Translations under genes and position numbers: made by a program
Notes under the pieces: model-generated
What the model was told of the DNA's origin: nothing
The model's database searches: none
What the model saw: only the letters and a program-made list of their open reading frames with translations
Shown here: in pieces, positions 1-10,046 of the stretch
How the letters are laid out: each line of letters opens with the position of its first letter
Position numbering within the stretch: the stretch's first letter is position 1
Source: a virus
Lineage: Duplodnaviria; Caudoviricetes
Strand: one strand, 5' to 3'
DNA length: 64,000 nucleotides
Virus record (IMG/VR): IMGVR_UViG_3300027780_001580
Location: 1-64,000 of that record

Positions 1-468
1 TAATGTGTAAATTGGTGCGTTTGCCGCTATGTTTGATCCTTGTAATGTTGCTGTAGGTTCGTTTTGTGTAGCGTAGTAGTTTGCAGAATAAATTACCTTT
101 GCACCTTGAATTGATGTTGAATCGTCTTGCACTCTAGGATATGCCATTAATTTAAAGTAAGAATCAGTAACTTCGACTTCTAATTGTATTAAGTCTGATC
201 CTAAATTACTGCGACCGTACACAACAATGTTTGCTTCACTAGTACTAGCTGTAGCTAAACATTTTAATATTTCTTTTCGTGTACTGTTTACGTCACAGGC
301 AATAGTATATTCAACTCCAAAGTAACTACCAACGTACCAGCGGTCCAATTCGGTTCCTGATTCTAATAATGTATAACTAGGTCCAGCGTAAGACAAGTTG
401 GTTCCGTTACGAAACTCAATGGTTTGGTTCTGTCCACGTCTAAAGTATTTTGTGATATCGAAGCTCAT
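1..468 (-). CDS. Hypothetical/virion structural protein, truncated by the window edge
   Basis: Not in the ORF track. ATG at 468 reads MSFDITKYFRRGQNQTIEFRNGTNLSYAGPSY... and stays open to position 1. A late-promoter motif lies at 495-500. Confidence 0.75.
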   Translation of the reverse strand, partial: MSFDITKYFRRGQNQTIEFRNGTNLSYAGPSYTLLESGTELDRWYVGSYFGVEYTIACDVNSTRKEILKCLATASTSEANIVVYGRSNLGSDLIQLEVEVTDSYFKLMAYPRVQDDSTSIQGAKVIYSANYYATQNEPTATLQGSNIAANAPIYTL

Positions 469-524
469 TGTACCTTTTACATTCCTCTTTAGTATATTTA
501 CCTAATTATGGACTGTTACGATTA

Positions 525-1157
525 CTAGCTGTCTAAACGTGTAATACCTAAATACCACATGTCTAAAGGGTATTGTTTGCTTACGAAATGACGTGTAATC
601 TGTAATCCATTGTCGTCAATCATGTCTTGAAATGTGTTAGGATTTGATCCCCACACATTTTCTGCAAGTACAATTACTCCGTTGTCAGTTAAGTAATCAT
701 TAACAGTATTAAAGAAGTTTCTGTGTATAGACCAGTCTAAATCTTTATACTTCCTTGGATCATCATAGTGTGCTACATACGGATCCATATTAAAGTGTGG
801 CGGATTAGCAACAATTAGGTCAAATTTCTGTTGGGGAATGTTTGTAAAGTTGTCGCTTAGAACAAATGTTGCTCTGTCTTGTAAATTGTTTTCTTTAATT
901 GTCTTTAGTACAGCTGGCTTGTTTGGTTCGTATATATCTGCCAAAGTAACATGTTCAGCTATACCGGTTGCTAGTAATCCAAAGCCCCAATAGCCCGGAC
1001 CACTGCACCATTCAAGTACATTTTTAAATTTTGTATCTTGACTTATTGCCTGTGTTGCATCTAAAAAGTCGTCAATCATTTGATTGCCGCAACCATCTGT
1101 ATCTTTAGACCAATTGATCTTTAAATCAAAGTACTGAACAAAGTCTTGCTCTGACAT
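525..1157 (-). CDS. Class I SAM-dependent methyltransferase (HemK/MTS-like)
   Basis: SAM motif I VLEWCSGPGYWG, acidic residue in VTLADI, and DLIVANPPHF (NPPY/F-type) motif. Confidence 0.85.
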   Translation of the reverse strand: MSEQDFVQYFDLKINWSKDTDGCGNQMIDDFLDATQAISQDTKFKNVLEWCSGPGYWGFGLLATGIAEHVTLADIYEPNKPAVLKTIKENNLQDRATFVLSDNFTNIPQQKFDLIVANPPHFNMDPYVAHYDDPRKYKDLDWSIHRNFFNTVNDYLTDNGVIVLAENVWGSNPNTFQDMIDDNGLQITRHFVSKQYPLDMWYLGITRLDS

Positions 1158-2966
1158 TTAATTTTTTACAGTTACTAGTTTGTTGTATTCTGGAAGATAA
1201 AGATATTCAATATCACTGTTAGCAAGTGTACGTATAGCATCGTCTAATGTTTCAACTAACGGTTCACCGCCTAGGTTAAAGCTAGTATTAAAGATAATAC
1301 TAGTTCCTGTTTTTTCTTTAAACGCTTTAATTATATCATAGTAATGTTCGTTTTGTTTTCTATTAACAGTTTGAATACGACAAGTACCATCAACGTGTAT
1401 AATACTAGGTATCTTTTCTGCAATACCTGGTTGACAGTTAACAGCATACATCATTGTAGGTGAACTTTCCATGCCACGCAGGTCAAACCATTCGTGTACA
1501 TCTTCTTCTAAGATACTACCTGCAAACGGACGGAAGTATTCACGTCTTTTAACTTTGTTAATATAATCTTTACCATTAGGATCGCTTGGATCATACATGA
1601 TAGTTCTGTTACCTAATGCACGTGGTCCGTTCTCTGAACGTCCTTGGAACAAAGTAACAATTTTTCTGTCTACAAGTAACTCTACTGCCTTAGCGTTGTC
1701 TGCATCTTCTATTGTAGCACCATATTTTTCTGCTGTCATCCACAAATCTTTTTCGTTATAACAGTATGCTGGTCCTTCATACAATGTTTCTTGTTGTGGT
1801 TCAACTTTATTACTTTTAGTTAATCGTCTATGCATCAACATTGCACCGCCCATTGCTGTTCCTGCATCATTTGAAACAGGTTCAACATAAATTTCAATGC
1901 CTTCGTCTTTAAGAGCTTTTAAGTAATAGTAGTTAGCAACACAGTTAAGTCCGTATCCGCCACTAATAACTACTTTATTCTTACCTGACATTTCAACTGC
2001 TTTACGAATTAATCTTACAACTTGGTCTTGGCTTTCTGTTTGAATAGCATACGCCATGTCACGTCTGTTTTGTATTGTTGTTACGTCAGAGTCATCATTG
2101 CCATGTATAGTTAAGTACTCGTGCATGTTATAGTTAACATGAGCACCATTAGGATATGTTGGAACAATTACAGCTCTATCTGCGCCAGGTACAAGTGTGT
2201 CATCTCTAAAGATTTTAGGTGCTTTAGAGTTTGGCTTACCATATGGAAATAATCCCATAGTTTTGCCTGCTTCAATAAAACTAAATCCACAGTATTCTGT
2301 AACTGCTTCGTATGACTTAACAATACCTGCATTTTCAGATATAACTAATTCGTGTGTTGCGTCTTTAGGTTCATCATACATTTCGCTTGAAAACTCAGGC
2401 ATCCATGCACCCATTAACGGTCCATTAGCACCAATGTGCTTGTATAATGTTTTAAAGTTATCAGGATAATTACAATCGTAAATACTTTCAGTTTCCCAAA
2501 CAGTAGTAGGTTGTCCACCAATGTCTAAAGTAATAAATGTACCAGCGCCGTCAACAATAAGTGCTACAGCATCGTCAAACCCTGAACGATAAAATGCACA
2601 TGCCGCGTGTAATTTGTGATGAATGTTCGACATGTCAATTACTTGAGGATGGCTATTTCCGTCATATGGTGTTCTTTTAATTAGTCCTAGCTTACGTGCT
2701 AATCCAGTATATACATCGTCACCACTAAAGTCTACTTTACCAGCAGTTTGTTCTAAATTCTGTGTATGTGCAACAACTAGAAAATCTAGTTTATCAGTAT
2801 ACTCAAGTATCTTAATCATACTTGCATAAGGACCGCCATCATACTTCTGCCTAGTTAAACGTTCTTCTTCAATTGAGAATATAATTTCTCCATCTTTCAT
2901 TAAACATACGCCACCATTGTGACCCCTGGCAATACCTGCAATCCATACTGGTTTTTTACTTGACAT
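1158..2966 (-). CDS. Carbamoyltransferase, NodU/CmcH/TobZ family
   Basis: Family motifs GHNGG...EEERLTRQKY, HHKLHAACAFYRSGF, VDGAG, SGGYGLNCVAN, DAGTAMG, GPRALGNR, KRREYFRPFA, HVDGTCRIQTV and NTSFNLGGEPLV. Confidence 0.95.
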   Translation of the reverse strand: MSSKKPVWIAGIARGHNGGVCLMKDGEIIFSIEEERLTRQKYDGGPYASMIKILEYTDKLDFLVVAHTQNLEQTAGKVDFSGDDVYTGLARKLGLIKRTPYDGNSHPQVIDMSNIHHKLHAACAFYRSGFDDAVALIVDGAGTFITLDIGGQPTTVWETESIYDCNYPDNFKTLYKHIGANGPLMGAWMPEFSSEMYDEPKDATHELVISENAGIVKSYEAVTEYCGFSFIEAGKTMGLFPYGKPNSKAPKIFRDDTLVPGADRAVIVPTYPNGAHVNYNMHEYLTIHGNDDSDVTTIQNRRDMAYAIQTESQDQVVRLIRKAVEMSGKNKVVISGGYGLNCVANYYYLKALKDEGIEIYVEPVSNDAGTAMGGAMLMHRRLTKSNKVEPQQETLYEGPAYCYNEKDLWMTAEKYGATIEDADNAKAVELLVDRKIVTLFQGRSENGPRALGNRTIMYDPSDPNGKDYINKVKRREYFRPFAGSILEEDVHEWFDLRGMESSPTMMYAVNCQPGIAEKIPSIIHVDGTCRIQTVNRKQNEHYYDIIKAFKEKTGTSIIFNTSFNLGGEPLVETLDDAIRTLANSDIEYLYLPEYNKLVTVKN

Positions 2967-3800
2967 TTATAATCCTCTGTAACTTCTATCCCAATTTGCT
3001 ATTTGCATACTGGTTATTTTTTTAATAGTTTCAATGTAATCATTAGTTTTACAATCTACAACAGTATCTATCATATTTTGTTGCTCATCTGTTAATTCTT
3101 GGCTTAGGTTTGACTGAAGCCAACTTAGATGTTGTTGTGGACTAGGGTGTAATTCTACCCATTTATTATTAGAGTCATCAGTAAACCACCAACTTAGATC
3201 AGGCCTATTCCACCCATGTAATCCAATTGGTTCTAACCAATGATCCTCTTCAAATATTTCATTGTATTCTTGTAGGCCAAACTCTTCCCAAGCATTTGAT
3301 AACTTTGGATTGTTTCTTATATTTTCGCCATGGCCGTCTTGGTGTGGTATATCACTACCTAATGTGTTTAATTTACTAATACTAGTCATAAAAAATTTAC
3401 ATTTAGTACTCTTTAATAGTCCAGTAGTAAGTAGAATATTATTTAAAGTATGTAAAAAATATGCTTTTTCATCAAAAAATGTATCAAGAAAATGCTTACT
3501 AAATTTTTCTACGTTATGATAGTTGAAAATACTACCTTTAGTTTTCCAACTTTCATGATCGTCTTCTGTAAATTTTAACCAGTCATGTCTTAAATGACTT
3601 GACCATTGTATTACTACAGTATCATCTTCTGTAAATTTGTTTTTAAAGTTGCACTCGGCGACACGTTCTGCAATAGCACGATTACCTAGACCCGGTAGGC
3701 CCCAGTTTTCGTAGTAGTCAAATTCTTGTGCATATAAATCTGCCCATGTTGGCCAGTTCCATGATGTATAAGAACATCCGAATACAAATAATCTCTTCAT
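2967..3800 (-). CDS. Hypothetical protein, SGNH/GDSL-hydrolase-like
   Basis: N-terminal FVFGCSYT (GxS block I-like), NWGLPGLGN (block II-like), C-terminal ELHPSP (DxxHP-like). Confidence 0.55.
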   Translation of the reverse strand: MKRLFVFGCSYTSWNWPTWADLYAQEFDYYENWGLPGLGNRAIAERVAECNFKNKFTEDDTVVIQWSSHLRHDWLKFTEDDHESWKTKGSIFNYHNVEKFSKHFLDTFFDEKAYFLHTLNNILLTTGLLKSTKCKFFMTSISKLNTLGSDIPHQDGHGENIRNNPKLSNAWEEFGLQEYNEIFEEDHWLEPIGLHGWNRPDLSWWFTDDSNNKWVELHPSPQQHLSWLQSNLSQELTDEQQNMIDTVVDCKTNDYIETIKKITSMQIANWDRSYRGL

Positions 3801-3802
3801 TA

Positions 3803-4819
3803 CTATACAGTTAGCGGAGCAGAAGTAGCAGGTAAGGCTGAATCACTAGTACTGTTGTACTGAGCCCCAACTTTCTTTTTACCTCGAATACCATTAGATA
3901 CTGACTCAATAATAACATTTTCAACTTTATCGTTCATTGCCATAATGCCATCATTAATTCTATCTGCGTACTCGTCTGTTGTAACTCTAATTGGAGAATA
4001 CACTCTAGCACCCTCGCCCATATCTAAAATATCAATATCTTTATTATCTGGATATGATACGTTAATAGGGAAAGTAGAACCAATTACTACAGTTGCTTTT
4101 TTATCTAGTGCGTGTGCAATATGTTGCCCTACACTATCACATCCTAAGAAGTAATCTGCGTTAGCAATAATTCCGGACCAATGTCTTAAATCTGCTCCCA
4201 TAGGACTTGCTACAGCATCTTTAATACCGTGCTTTGAAAAGTCAATACCAAATTCTGCCATATGAATAACAGCATATTTCTTTGAAAGTTTCTTAACAAT
4301 ATTAACTGAGTTTTCAGCTTCAAAACTTCTACCACTCCAGTCAGTAATAACACCACCTTCATGTTGTACTGCTCTACCAAATGGTTGAAAAACAACTACT
4401 TTGTCTTTCTTAGTTTTTTCTTTTACTTCATCAATAAGTTTCTTACCAAAAAGAAGTTCTTCTCTTGATAGTTTTAAGATTGGCTTTTTTACTTTACGTA
4501 AGCCTTTATTATTGATTTGAATATCATATGCTTCTGAAATACTACATTGTTGGTTGTAGTACTCAAACACCCTATATGGTTCAGGTGTTAATAGATTCAT
4601 ATCTTTAAGTTTATCTTGGAATAAGTTTTTGTGCCAGTGATCGTATGCCTTTGCATGGAGAATCGGATGACCTTTGTAAAAGTCAGTACCGCCCTCGCAA
4701 ACAATGATAAAGTTATCTTCTGGATTTTCCTCAGCGAACTTCTCAAGTGCTGGAATACTAGCAAGAACTCTGCCAGCACCACCATTGATAAAAATAGCCG
4801 TATTTCTTTTATCTGTCAT
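3803..4819 (-). CDS. Glycosyltransferase, GT9/heptosyltransferase-like (GT-B fold)
   Basis: GGAGRVLASIPALEK N-terminus, VVVFQPFG, and IIANADYFLGCDSVGQHIAHALDKKATVVIG matching the GT9 D-S-x-x-x-H-x-A motif. Confidence 0.75.
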   Translation of the reverse strand: MTDKRNTAIFINGGAGRVLASIPALEKFAEENPEDNFIIVCEGGTDFYKGHPILHAKAYDHWHKNLFQDKLKDMNLLTPEPYRVFEYYNQQCSISEAYDIQINNKGLRKVKKPILKLSREELLFGKKLIDEVKEKTKKDKVVVFQPFGRAVQHEGGVITDWSGRSFEAENSVNIVKKLSKKYAVIHMAEFGIDFSKHGIKDAVASPMGADLRHWSGIIANADYFLGCDSVGQHIAHALDKKATVVIGSTFPINVSYPDNKDIDILDMGEGARVYSPIRVTTDEYADRINDGIMAMNDKVENVIIESVSNGIRGKKKVGAQYNSTSDSALPATSAPLTV

Positions 4820-4879
4820 GTTATATCCTTCTACAATTAAAGTGTTGTATTGTACAGATATTTAATGAAGATAGAGGTG

Positions 4880-6247
4880 TTAGCTTTGTTTTCTGGCTGT
4901 TATTGTTCCAGCAATACGAGGATTGCCTAATGCGTCATTTGGTGCCGCTGATAAGCCGTCAACAATGCCATCATCAAATGATGTTCCGTCTGTGCTTAAA
5001 TTTAATCTTGCCAAATCTGCCGCAAAATAGTTACCGCCTGATTCAGGTGGAACAAAGTGTCCAGTTGATGGATGATATGTATGCTCCATTAACCAACCAT
5101 CTGCAGGATCGTTGCGAGCTTCGTCAGTTAAGTAACGTCCTATTGCACCTGGGAATTGATCTCTTTCACCATATACACCCGGTCTTTGAGCGTTTGGACT
5201 TTGTGGGAATCTTACTTTCCAAGGGTCAATTCTAACTACTTTAGCTAAATTAAATACAGCGCCTGAGCCTGCATCTGTAGTTGCTGTAGTTGCTACTGCA
5301 TTAAGAGTTCTTGCTTCTTTAATGTGTCTTGCGTTAAATGCATTACGTGTTCTAACTGCTGTAACTGCACCGCTACTACTAACTGCTGTAACAATAATGT
5401 TTACATCTAATGAATCATTTTCACTAACAATAGCAGTATCGTCCATACCACTAGTTGCCGCTTCAAAATCAAATCCTGGTCGTGTTCCCATTGGCTGACT
5501 TAGGTCATCTAATTTGCCTACATCTGCCGCTGTAAGTCCAAATACACTTGCGTCAACGTTGAAGTTGTCGCCTACTGCATATCCTGAACCTGCTGTTGCT
5601 ATTGCAACTGTCCAAGCCGCGCCATATGTAGCTGGAATTTCTCTTAATGCTGTTCTATAGTCAGTCCAAGCAGTAAGTAAACTTGATGGCATGTCTTCTG
5701 ATACGTGTCCATCCGCCGCATTTAGTTTTGACCAACGTACTTTTTTAATTTCTTCCCAGTTAGTGTGTGGTTTAACAAACGGAAAAGGTCTAACCCATTC
5801 TTGTGAAACTGGATTGTATTCAATTTGGTCTCTATCGTAAGTGTGATCTGGTGTAGGAACTTTAGGTTCAATATGTACAAATGGATTACCTTCCCAATCG
5901 TTAACAGGTAATGTTTCGCTGACCATTTCTCTTCCTTCAAGGAAAAGTGTATCTTGATCAGTTTCCATTAATTCACATAACAACGGATCTTCTTCACAGT
6001 TAATCTTAACCATGTAATCACCTGCGTTTGGCATGTAATTATCTTCAATTTCGTAAGCAAATCTTGTTTGGCCGGTACGCTTATTATCACGCTTTCTTAA
6101 AAATACCCATAACTCTTTAGGCCCTTCATACGTCCACGTACCAACATTACCTTCATTAGCAGTTTGATACAAGTAAGCATCGGGCATATCGTATGAAAAT
6201 TGTTTTGTAATTTCTACGACTTTGTTGTTTGCATTTGGATCTATCAT
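4880..6247 (-). CDS. Tail fibre assembly chaperone-like protein with C-terminal extension
   Basis: WEEIKKVRWSKLNAAD...WTDYRTALREIP chaperone signature; paralog of 7868-8560. Confidence 0.7.
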   Translation of the reverse strand: MIDPNANNKVVEITKQFSYDMPDAYLYQTANEGNVGTWTYEGPKELWVFLRKRDNKRTGQTRFAYEIEDNYMPNAGDYMVKINCEEDPLLCELMETDQDTLFLEGREMVSETLPVNDWEGNPFVHIEPKVPTPDHTYDRDQIEYNPVSQEWVRPFPFVKPHTNWEEIKKVRWSKLNAADGHVSEDMPSSLLTAWTDYRTALREIPATYGAAWTVAIATAGSGYAVGDNFNVDASVFGLTAADVGKLDDLSQPMGTRPGFDFEAATSGMDDTAIVSENDSLDVNIIVTAVSSSGAVTAVRTRNAFNARHIKEARTLNAVATTATTDAGSGAVFNLAKVVRIDPWKVRFPQSPNAQRPGVYGERDQFPGAIGRYLTDEARNDPADGWLMEHTYHPSTGHFVPPESGGNYFAADLARLNLSTDGTSFDDGIVDGLSAAPNDALGNPRIAGTITARKQS

Positions 6248-6268
6248 ATTCTTTTCCTATTGTTACCT

Positions 6269-7075
6269 TTAATAATACACCACGTATACAGCACCTTCAG
6301 CACCAGGTGAACCACAACAGCAACCGCCGCCATATACCTGTCCTGCTTCGCCAGCGCCGCCTGGCCATGAACCAAATCCATTACACTCGCCGCCTCGTGT
6401 ACAACAACCATTTGGACCCATTTTTGGTCCTGATTGTGACATTGGCGCACTTGGTGTTAATTGTAATCCTCTATCACCGCAATGCTGTGATCTTTGTGAC
6501 GAACCAGTTGTACTTGCAATACCAAAGTCAACGTTATTAGGTTGAATTTGACAGTTATGACAGTTCATGCAACATCCGTAACAGCTAAAGAAGCCATGAC
6601 AATGTGTACAGTTACTACAGTATCCACCACAAGCTACAGCACAAAAACATGATGCTCCGTTGGGTGTTCCCATTACAAAACTATTCTCACCTGCGTAGTT
6701 ACCGCCAGCATTTAAACAACAACCTGAGCGTCCTGCACAAATTGTAAACGAATCACCACCTGCTACGTTAGTAGACTTAATAGCGTAACCGCCTGAGTCA
6801 GCTGGGTAACCTTGCATACAGCAACAGCCACCTGTTCCTGACGCACCACCGCCCCACATTTCAAATACTGCAAATGTAGCACTAGTTGGTACAACGAAGT
6901 TACAACATTTTCCGCCGTTGTTGTTACAATAATATCTTGATTCTGGTGGCACACCATATGCTTGTGCTGGCCACGCTTCGTTGTGATCTGAGTTCCATGC
7001 ATAACTTACTGTAAATGCTGTTGGAGCACTTGTGCCTACAACATAACCTGGAATGTAATCTCTTAAATTTGACAT
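6269..7075 (-). CDS. Cys/Gly-rich fibre-tip adhesin-like protein (paralog 1)
   Basis: FEMWGGGASG..CCC, GGxGG motifs and C-terminal GAEGAVYVVYY typical of Gly-rich phage adhesin domains. Confidence 0.6.
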   Translation of the reverse strand: MSNLRDYIPGYVVGTSAPTAFTVSYAWNSDHNEAWPAQAYGVPPESRYYCNNNGGKCCNFVVPTSATFAVFEMWGGGASGTGGCCCMQGYPADSGGYAIKSTNVAGGDSFTICAGRSGCCLNAGGNYAGENSFVMGTPNGASCFCAVACGGYCSNCTHCHGFFSCYGCCMNCHNCQIQPNNVDFGIASTTGSSQRSQHCGDRGLQLTPSAPMSQSGPKMGPNGCCTRGGECNGFGSWPGGAGEAGQVYGGGCCCGSPGAEGAVYVVYY

Positions 7076-7084
7076 CTATATCTC

Positions 7085-7855
7085 CTAACCCACGTCCGAT
7101 TGATAGTAAACAACTACTAATCCACCAGCACCTGGTCCACCACAGTAACAAGAACCGTTGTGAGTGTGCATTGTTCCGCCACCTCCTCCTGGGAAGTCAG
7201 CTGGACCACCTGCATCTCTGCCGTGTGTTTTATAACAGTTATCTCTTGACATTCTAGCACTTTGTCCGCCGTATGGTGCTGATGTCATGTTTTCCCAAGC
7301 TGAGCTTGAACACATTGATGTACCTGCTCCGCCGCCGTTAAAGCCGCACATACTAAAGTCTGCACCTTTTACACAACCGCACATTCTGTTTGGACATCCG
7401 CAATGACCGCCCCATGCAGAACCAAATCCGCAAGTTGCACAACCATATCCGCCGCCACTTGAGCATAAGCACATGTAACCGCCTGAACAACAACCTGTTG
7501 GTGAACATGCATAACTACCGCAACCTACACATCCTTGAACTGGTCTACAGCAACCTGCCGCTCCAGCACATAATGTAAATACTGCACCTGGTGCTACTTC
7601 AGCAATTTTTCTACCGTATGATCCTGCTCCACCTGGAGCCCCTCCCATACAACAACAGCCACCGCCACCATCGCCACCTGCGCCCCATGTTTCAAAAGCC
7701 GCCCATGTTACATCTGAACTTGGTGTCCATGCACAACAGCAACCTGGATTGTTATCTCTTACAGCATCGAACGAACTATGGTAAACATAGATTGTACGTA
7801 GAGCCGCGGCTCCCGAATCTGTTCCAAGCTGTAGTAATGATCTTAATGCAGACAT
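7085..7855 (-). CDS. Cys/Gly-rich fibre-tip adhesin-like protein (paralog 2)
   Basis: CCCAW...FETWGAGGDGGGGCCC...GAGGLVVVYY. Confidence 0.6.
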   Translation of the reverse strand: MSALRSLLQLGTDSGAAALRTIYVYHSSFDAVRDNNPGCCCAWTPSSDVTWAAFETWGAGGDGGGGCCCMGGAPGGAGSYGRKIAEVAPGAVFTLCAGAAGCCRPVQGCVGCGSYACSPTGCCSGGYMCLCSSGGGYGCATCGFGSAWGGHCGCPNRMCGCVKGADFSMCGFNGGGAGTSMCSSSAWENMTSAPYGGQSARMSRDNCYKTHGRDAGGPADFPGGGGGTMHTHNGSCYCGGPGAGGLVVVYYQSDVG

Positions 7856-7867
7856 TTATATTTCTCC

Positions 7868-8560
7868 TTAACCTATTCCTACGCCGTCAGTTGAAGGTGC
7901 TTCAGCGTATCCGCCAACACTTGGTTCTTCTGGAAACTTAACCATGTGTGCTGGAATCTCTGCTGATGTACCTCTGCCGTACGTAACAGGTAGTTCACGT
8001 AATTTTGTTCTAAATGCAATCCATGGATTCTTTACACTATCAGGAGAATCTGCTGATACTCTGTGATCAGTTGAATCCAATCTGTCATTTCTTAATTGTG
8101 TCAATGTTTCCCACGTCTGCCAAGGTTGTTTCCATGTAAGTGTCCAATTACCAGTACCTTCATCGTGTACGCATAAATCTCTTTCGTATCCGTGATCTGG
8201 GTATGGTGGCCATTGTGTTGCATAGTTGCCATAACCTTCTGGTAGTGCAGTAACTACGTCAGCTTGTGTAAGTGTTACTGTATGCGGAAGGAAAATGGCA
8301 CACATTAATGTGTCTTCTCCAGCACAATCTAAAGTAACTAATCTTTCACCTTCTGGTGTAGTATCTGTAGTTGGGTTATAATGAAAATCCTCATCTGGTG
8401 GATTTTGTGATAGGGTGTTTTTCCCTGATGTTGCATCAACGTATATATACAGGCTATCTGGACCTGTGTAAGACGCTGTTGCTGTGTCCCCGTCATTATT
8501 CGTTTGGCTCAAATAAGCGTCGGGGATATCATATGTAAAGTTTTTTGTAATTTCAGCCAT
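7868..8560 (-). CDS. Tail fibre assembly chaperone-like protein
   Basis: WETLTQLRNDRLDSTD...WIAFRTKLRELP signature. The N-terminus EITKNFTYDIPDAYL is shared with 4880-6247. Confidence 0.7.
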   Translation of the reverse strand: MAEITKNFTYDIPDAYLSQTNNDGDTATASYTGPDSLYIYVDATSGKNTLSQNPPDEDFHYNPTTDTTPEGERLVTLDCAGEDTLMCAIFLPHTVTLTQADVVTALPEGYGNYATQWPPYPDHGYERDLCVHDEGTGNWTLTWKQPWQTWETLTQLRNDRLDSTDHRVSADSPDSVKNPWIAFRTKLRELPVTYGRGTSAEIPAHMVKFPEEPSVGGYAEAPSTDGVGIG

Positions 8561-8591
8561 TGTTTATTTCCTTCGTTTGTATTTAGTCATG

Positions 8592-9332
8592 TTAACTATA
8601 TGAAACCTTTACCATGCCGCCTGAGCCCCAATGGCCCCAACAACACGGACCGCCACATGCAGTTCCGTTAAATCCAGCATCACCTGGGTAAGGTTGAGCA
8701 CAACCCCATCCGCAACCCGAACAAGTCATTGGATTACCGCAATAATCTCGACCTTTTCTTGTGTTGCCACTCATTGGTGAACTTGGTACATAATCCCACA
8801 TTTGATTGTGGCAATAATGTGTTTGTAGTGGTTGTCCTCTACTATGTCCTAAACGTAAATCGCCTTGCGTTCCACCTGATATCTGTGAACATCCAAAGCA
8901 ACAGTTATAAGCATAGTGAGCGTGACAGTTAGTTCTGCCTGTACATCCGCCTCTAGCACATGTAGTTGCAATTCCTGAACCTGTAACATGACTAGTTGAA
9001 CCGTCAATTCCTAAGCAATCTCTTTCACAACATGCACCGTTACCTGCCGCACAAATTGTATATTGGCATCCTGCCACTGTATTGACTGACCTTATACTAT
9101 AAGATCCGCCGCCTGCATTTTGTGAACTAAATTGACAGCAACATGCACCTGCTCCTGCGGCACCTGCACCCCATAGCTCAAATGTTACGTTAACAATGTC
9201 TGCTGGTACTGTCCAAAGACAACAACAACCACCATTGTTAATTCCTCTATCATTATTGTATATATAGAAGAATCTAGTTGGAACTGAACGTCCCGCAACT
9301 GAATCGCCTAATAGTGTTCTCAGGTCTGCCAT
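8592..9332 (-). CDS. Cys/Gly-rich fibre-tip adhesin-like protein (paralog 3)
   Basis: CCCLW...FELWGAGAAGAGACCC...GSGGMVKVSY; about 25 Cys in 246 aa by hand count. Confidence 0.6.
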   Translation of the reverse strand: MADLRTLLGDSVAGRSVPTRFFYIYNNDRGINNGGCCCLWTVPADIVNVTFELWGAGAAGAGACCCQFSSQNAGGGSYSIRSVNTVAGCQYTICAAGNGACCERDCLGIDGSTSHVTGSGIATTCARGGCTGRTNCHAHYAYNCCFGCSQISGGTQGDLRLGHSRGQPLQTHYCHNQMWDYVPSSPMSGNTRKGRDYCGNPMTCSGCGWGCAQPYPGDAGFNGTACGGPCCWGHWGSGGMVKVSYS

Positions 9333-9347
9333 AATTTAATTCCTCTC

Positions 9348-9680
9348 TTACGTACCTGACATAATCCAGCCATAAGTGGCGCCGGAATAAATCAATGTAA
9401 TAGCAACGTTGTTGATATCCAAAGTTAAGTCTTCTGATAAGTTCTGGATTTTTGATCCGTTTCTAGCAAGTATGACATTGTTGGTATTAAAATTACCTGT
9501 AACATCTATTACTGAAATAGTATCATTTACAATCAAACTAGCGTTAGCTGGTAATGTAACTGTAAATCCCGAACTGGAAGCGTTAGCTAAGATTCTATCA
9601 TTAACGACAGCATTATAAGCACTAGACACGGTACGAATAACGCTACTAGCAGTTCCTGTTGTTGAAATATATCTTCCCAT
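9348..9680 (-). CDS. Small tail-fibre-associated protein
   Basis: FTVTLPA...DTISVIDVTGNF..NNVILARNGSKI...LIYSGATYGW, a beta module common in T4-like tail fibre proteins. Confidence 0.6.
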   Translation of the reverse strand: MGRYISTTGTASSVIRTVSSAYNAVVNDRILANASSSGFTVTLPANASLIVNDTISVIDVTGNFNTNNVILARNGSKIQNLSEDLTLDINNVAITLIYSGATYGWIMSGT

Positions 9681-9713
9681 TTTAGTGTTTCCCTTTTATT
9701 ACTATATTTATCA

Positions 9714-10034
9714 TTATGCTGTAGATGTCTCGATACCCATCGCGACTGCACTAACATTAACGGCACTACTATAAACAACAAGTATTTGCCCTGCCGCTAA
9801 CGCAATACCTGATCTCTCTAACACACCTTTTGCTAAGACTTCAACATCGTATTCGACGTATTCACTTAACGCTGGTGTACCAGCTGATGCTACAGCAACT
9901 CTAACCGAAATTGCACTATTTCCTCTATTACAAATCGATAGCGTAACAATCCCGAAGGTGTTTGCAGGTACCGTGTATAGAGAAGTATTTGTGCCCGCGG
10001 CTAAATCTGCGTGTCCTAATCTTCCTGTGGCCAT
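9714..10034 (-). CDS. Small virion structural protein
   Basis: LYTVPA..ICNR beta-rich family; paralogous to 21939-22268 and 25882-26214. Confidence 0.55.
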   Translation of the reverse strand: MATGRLGHADLAAGTNTSLYTVPANTFGIVTLSICNRGNSAISVRVAVASAGTPALSEYVEYDVEVLAKGVLERSGIALAAGQILVVYSSAVNVSAVAMGIETSTA

Positions 10035-10046
10035 TTTCTTTCTCCT

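Noticed and set aside
525-1157. DNA adenine methyltransferase of a restriction-modification system
   Set aside because: It is short, has no target-recognition domain or partner nuclease, and the NPPH motif and context fit a HemK/small-substrate enzyme.
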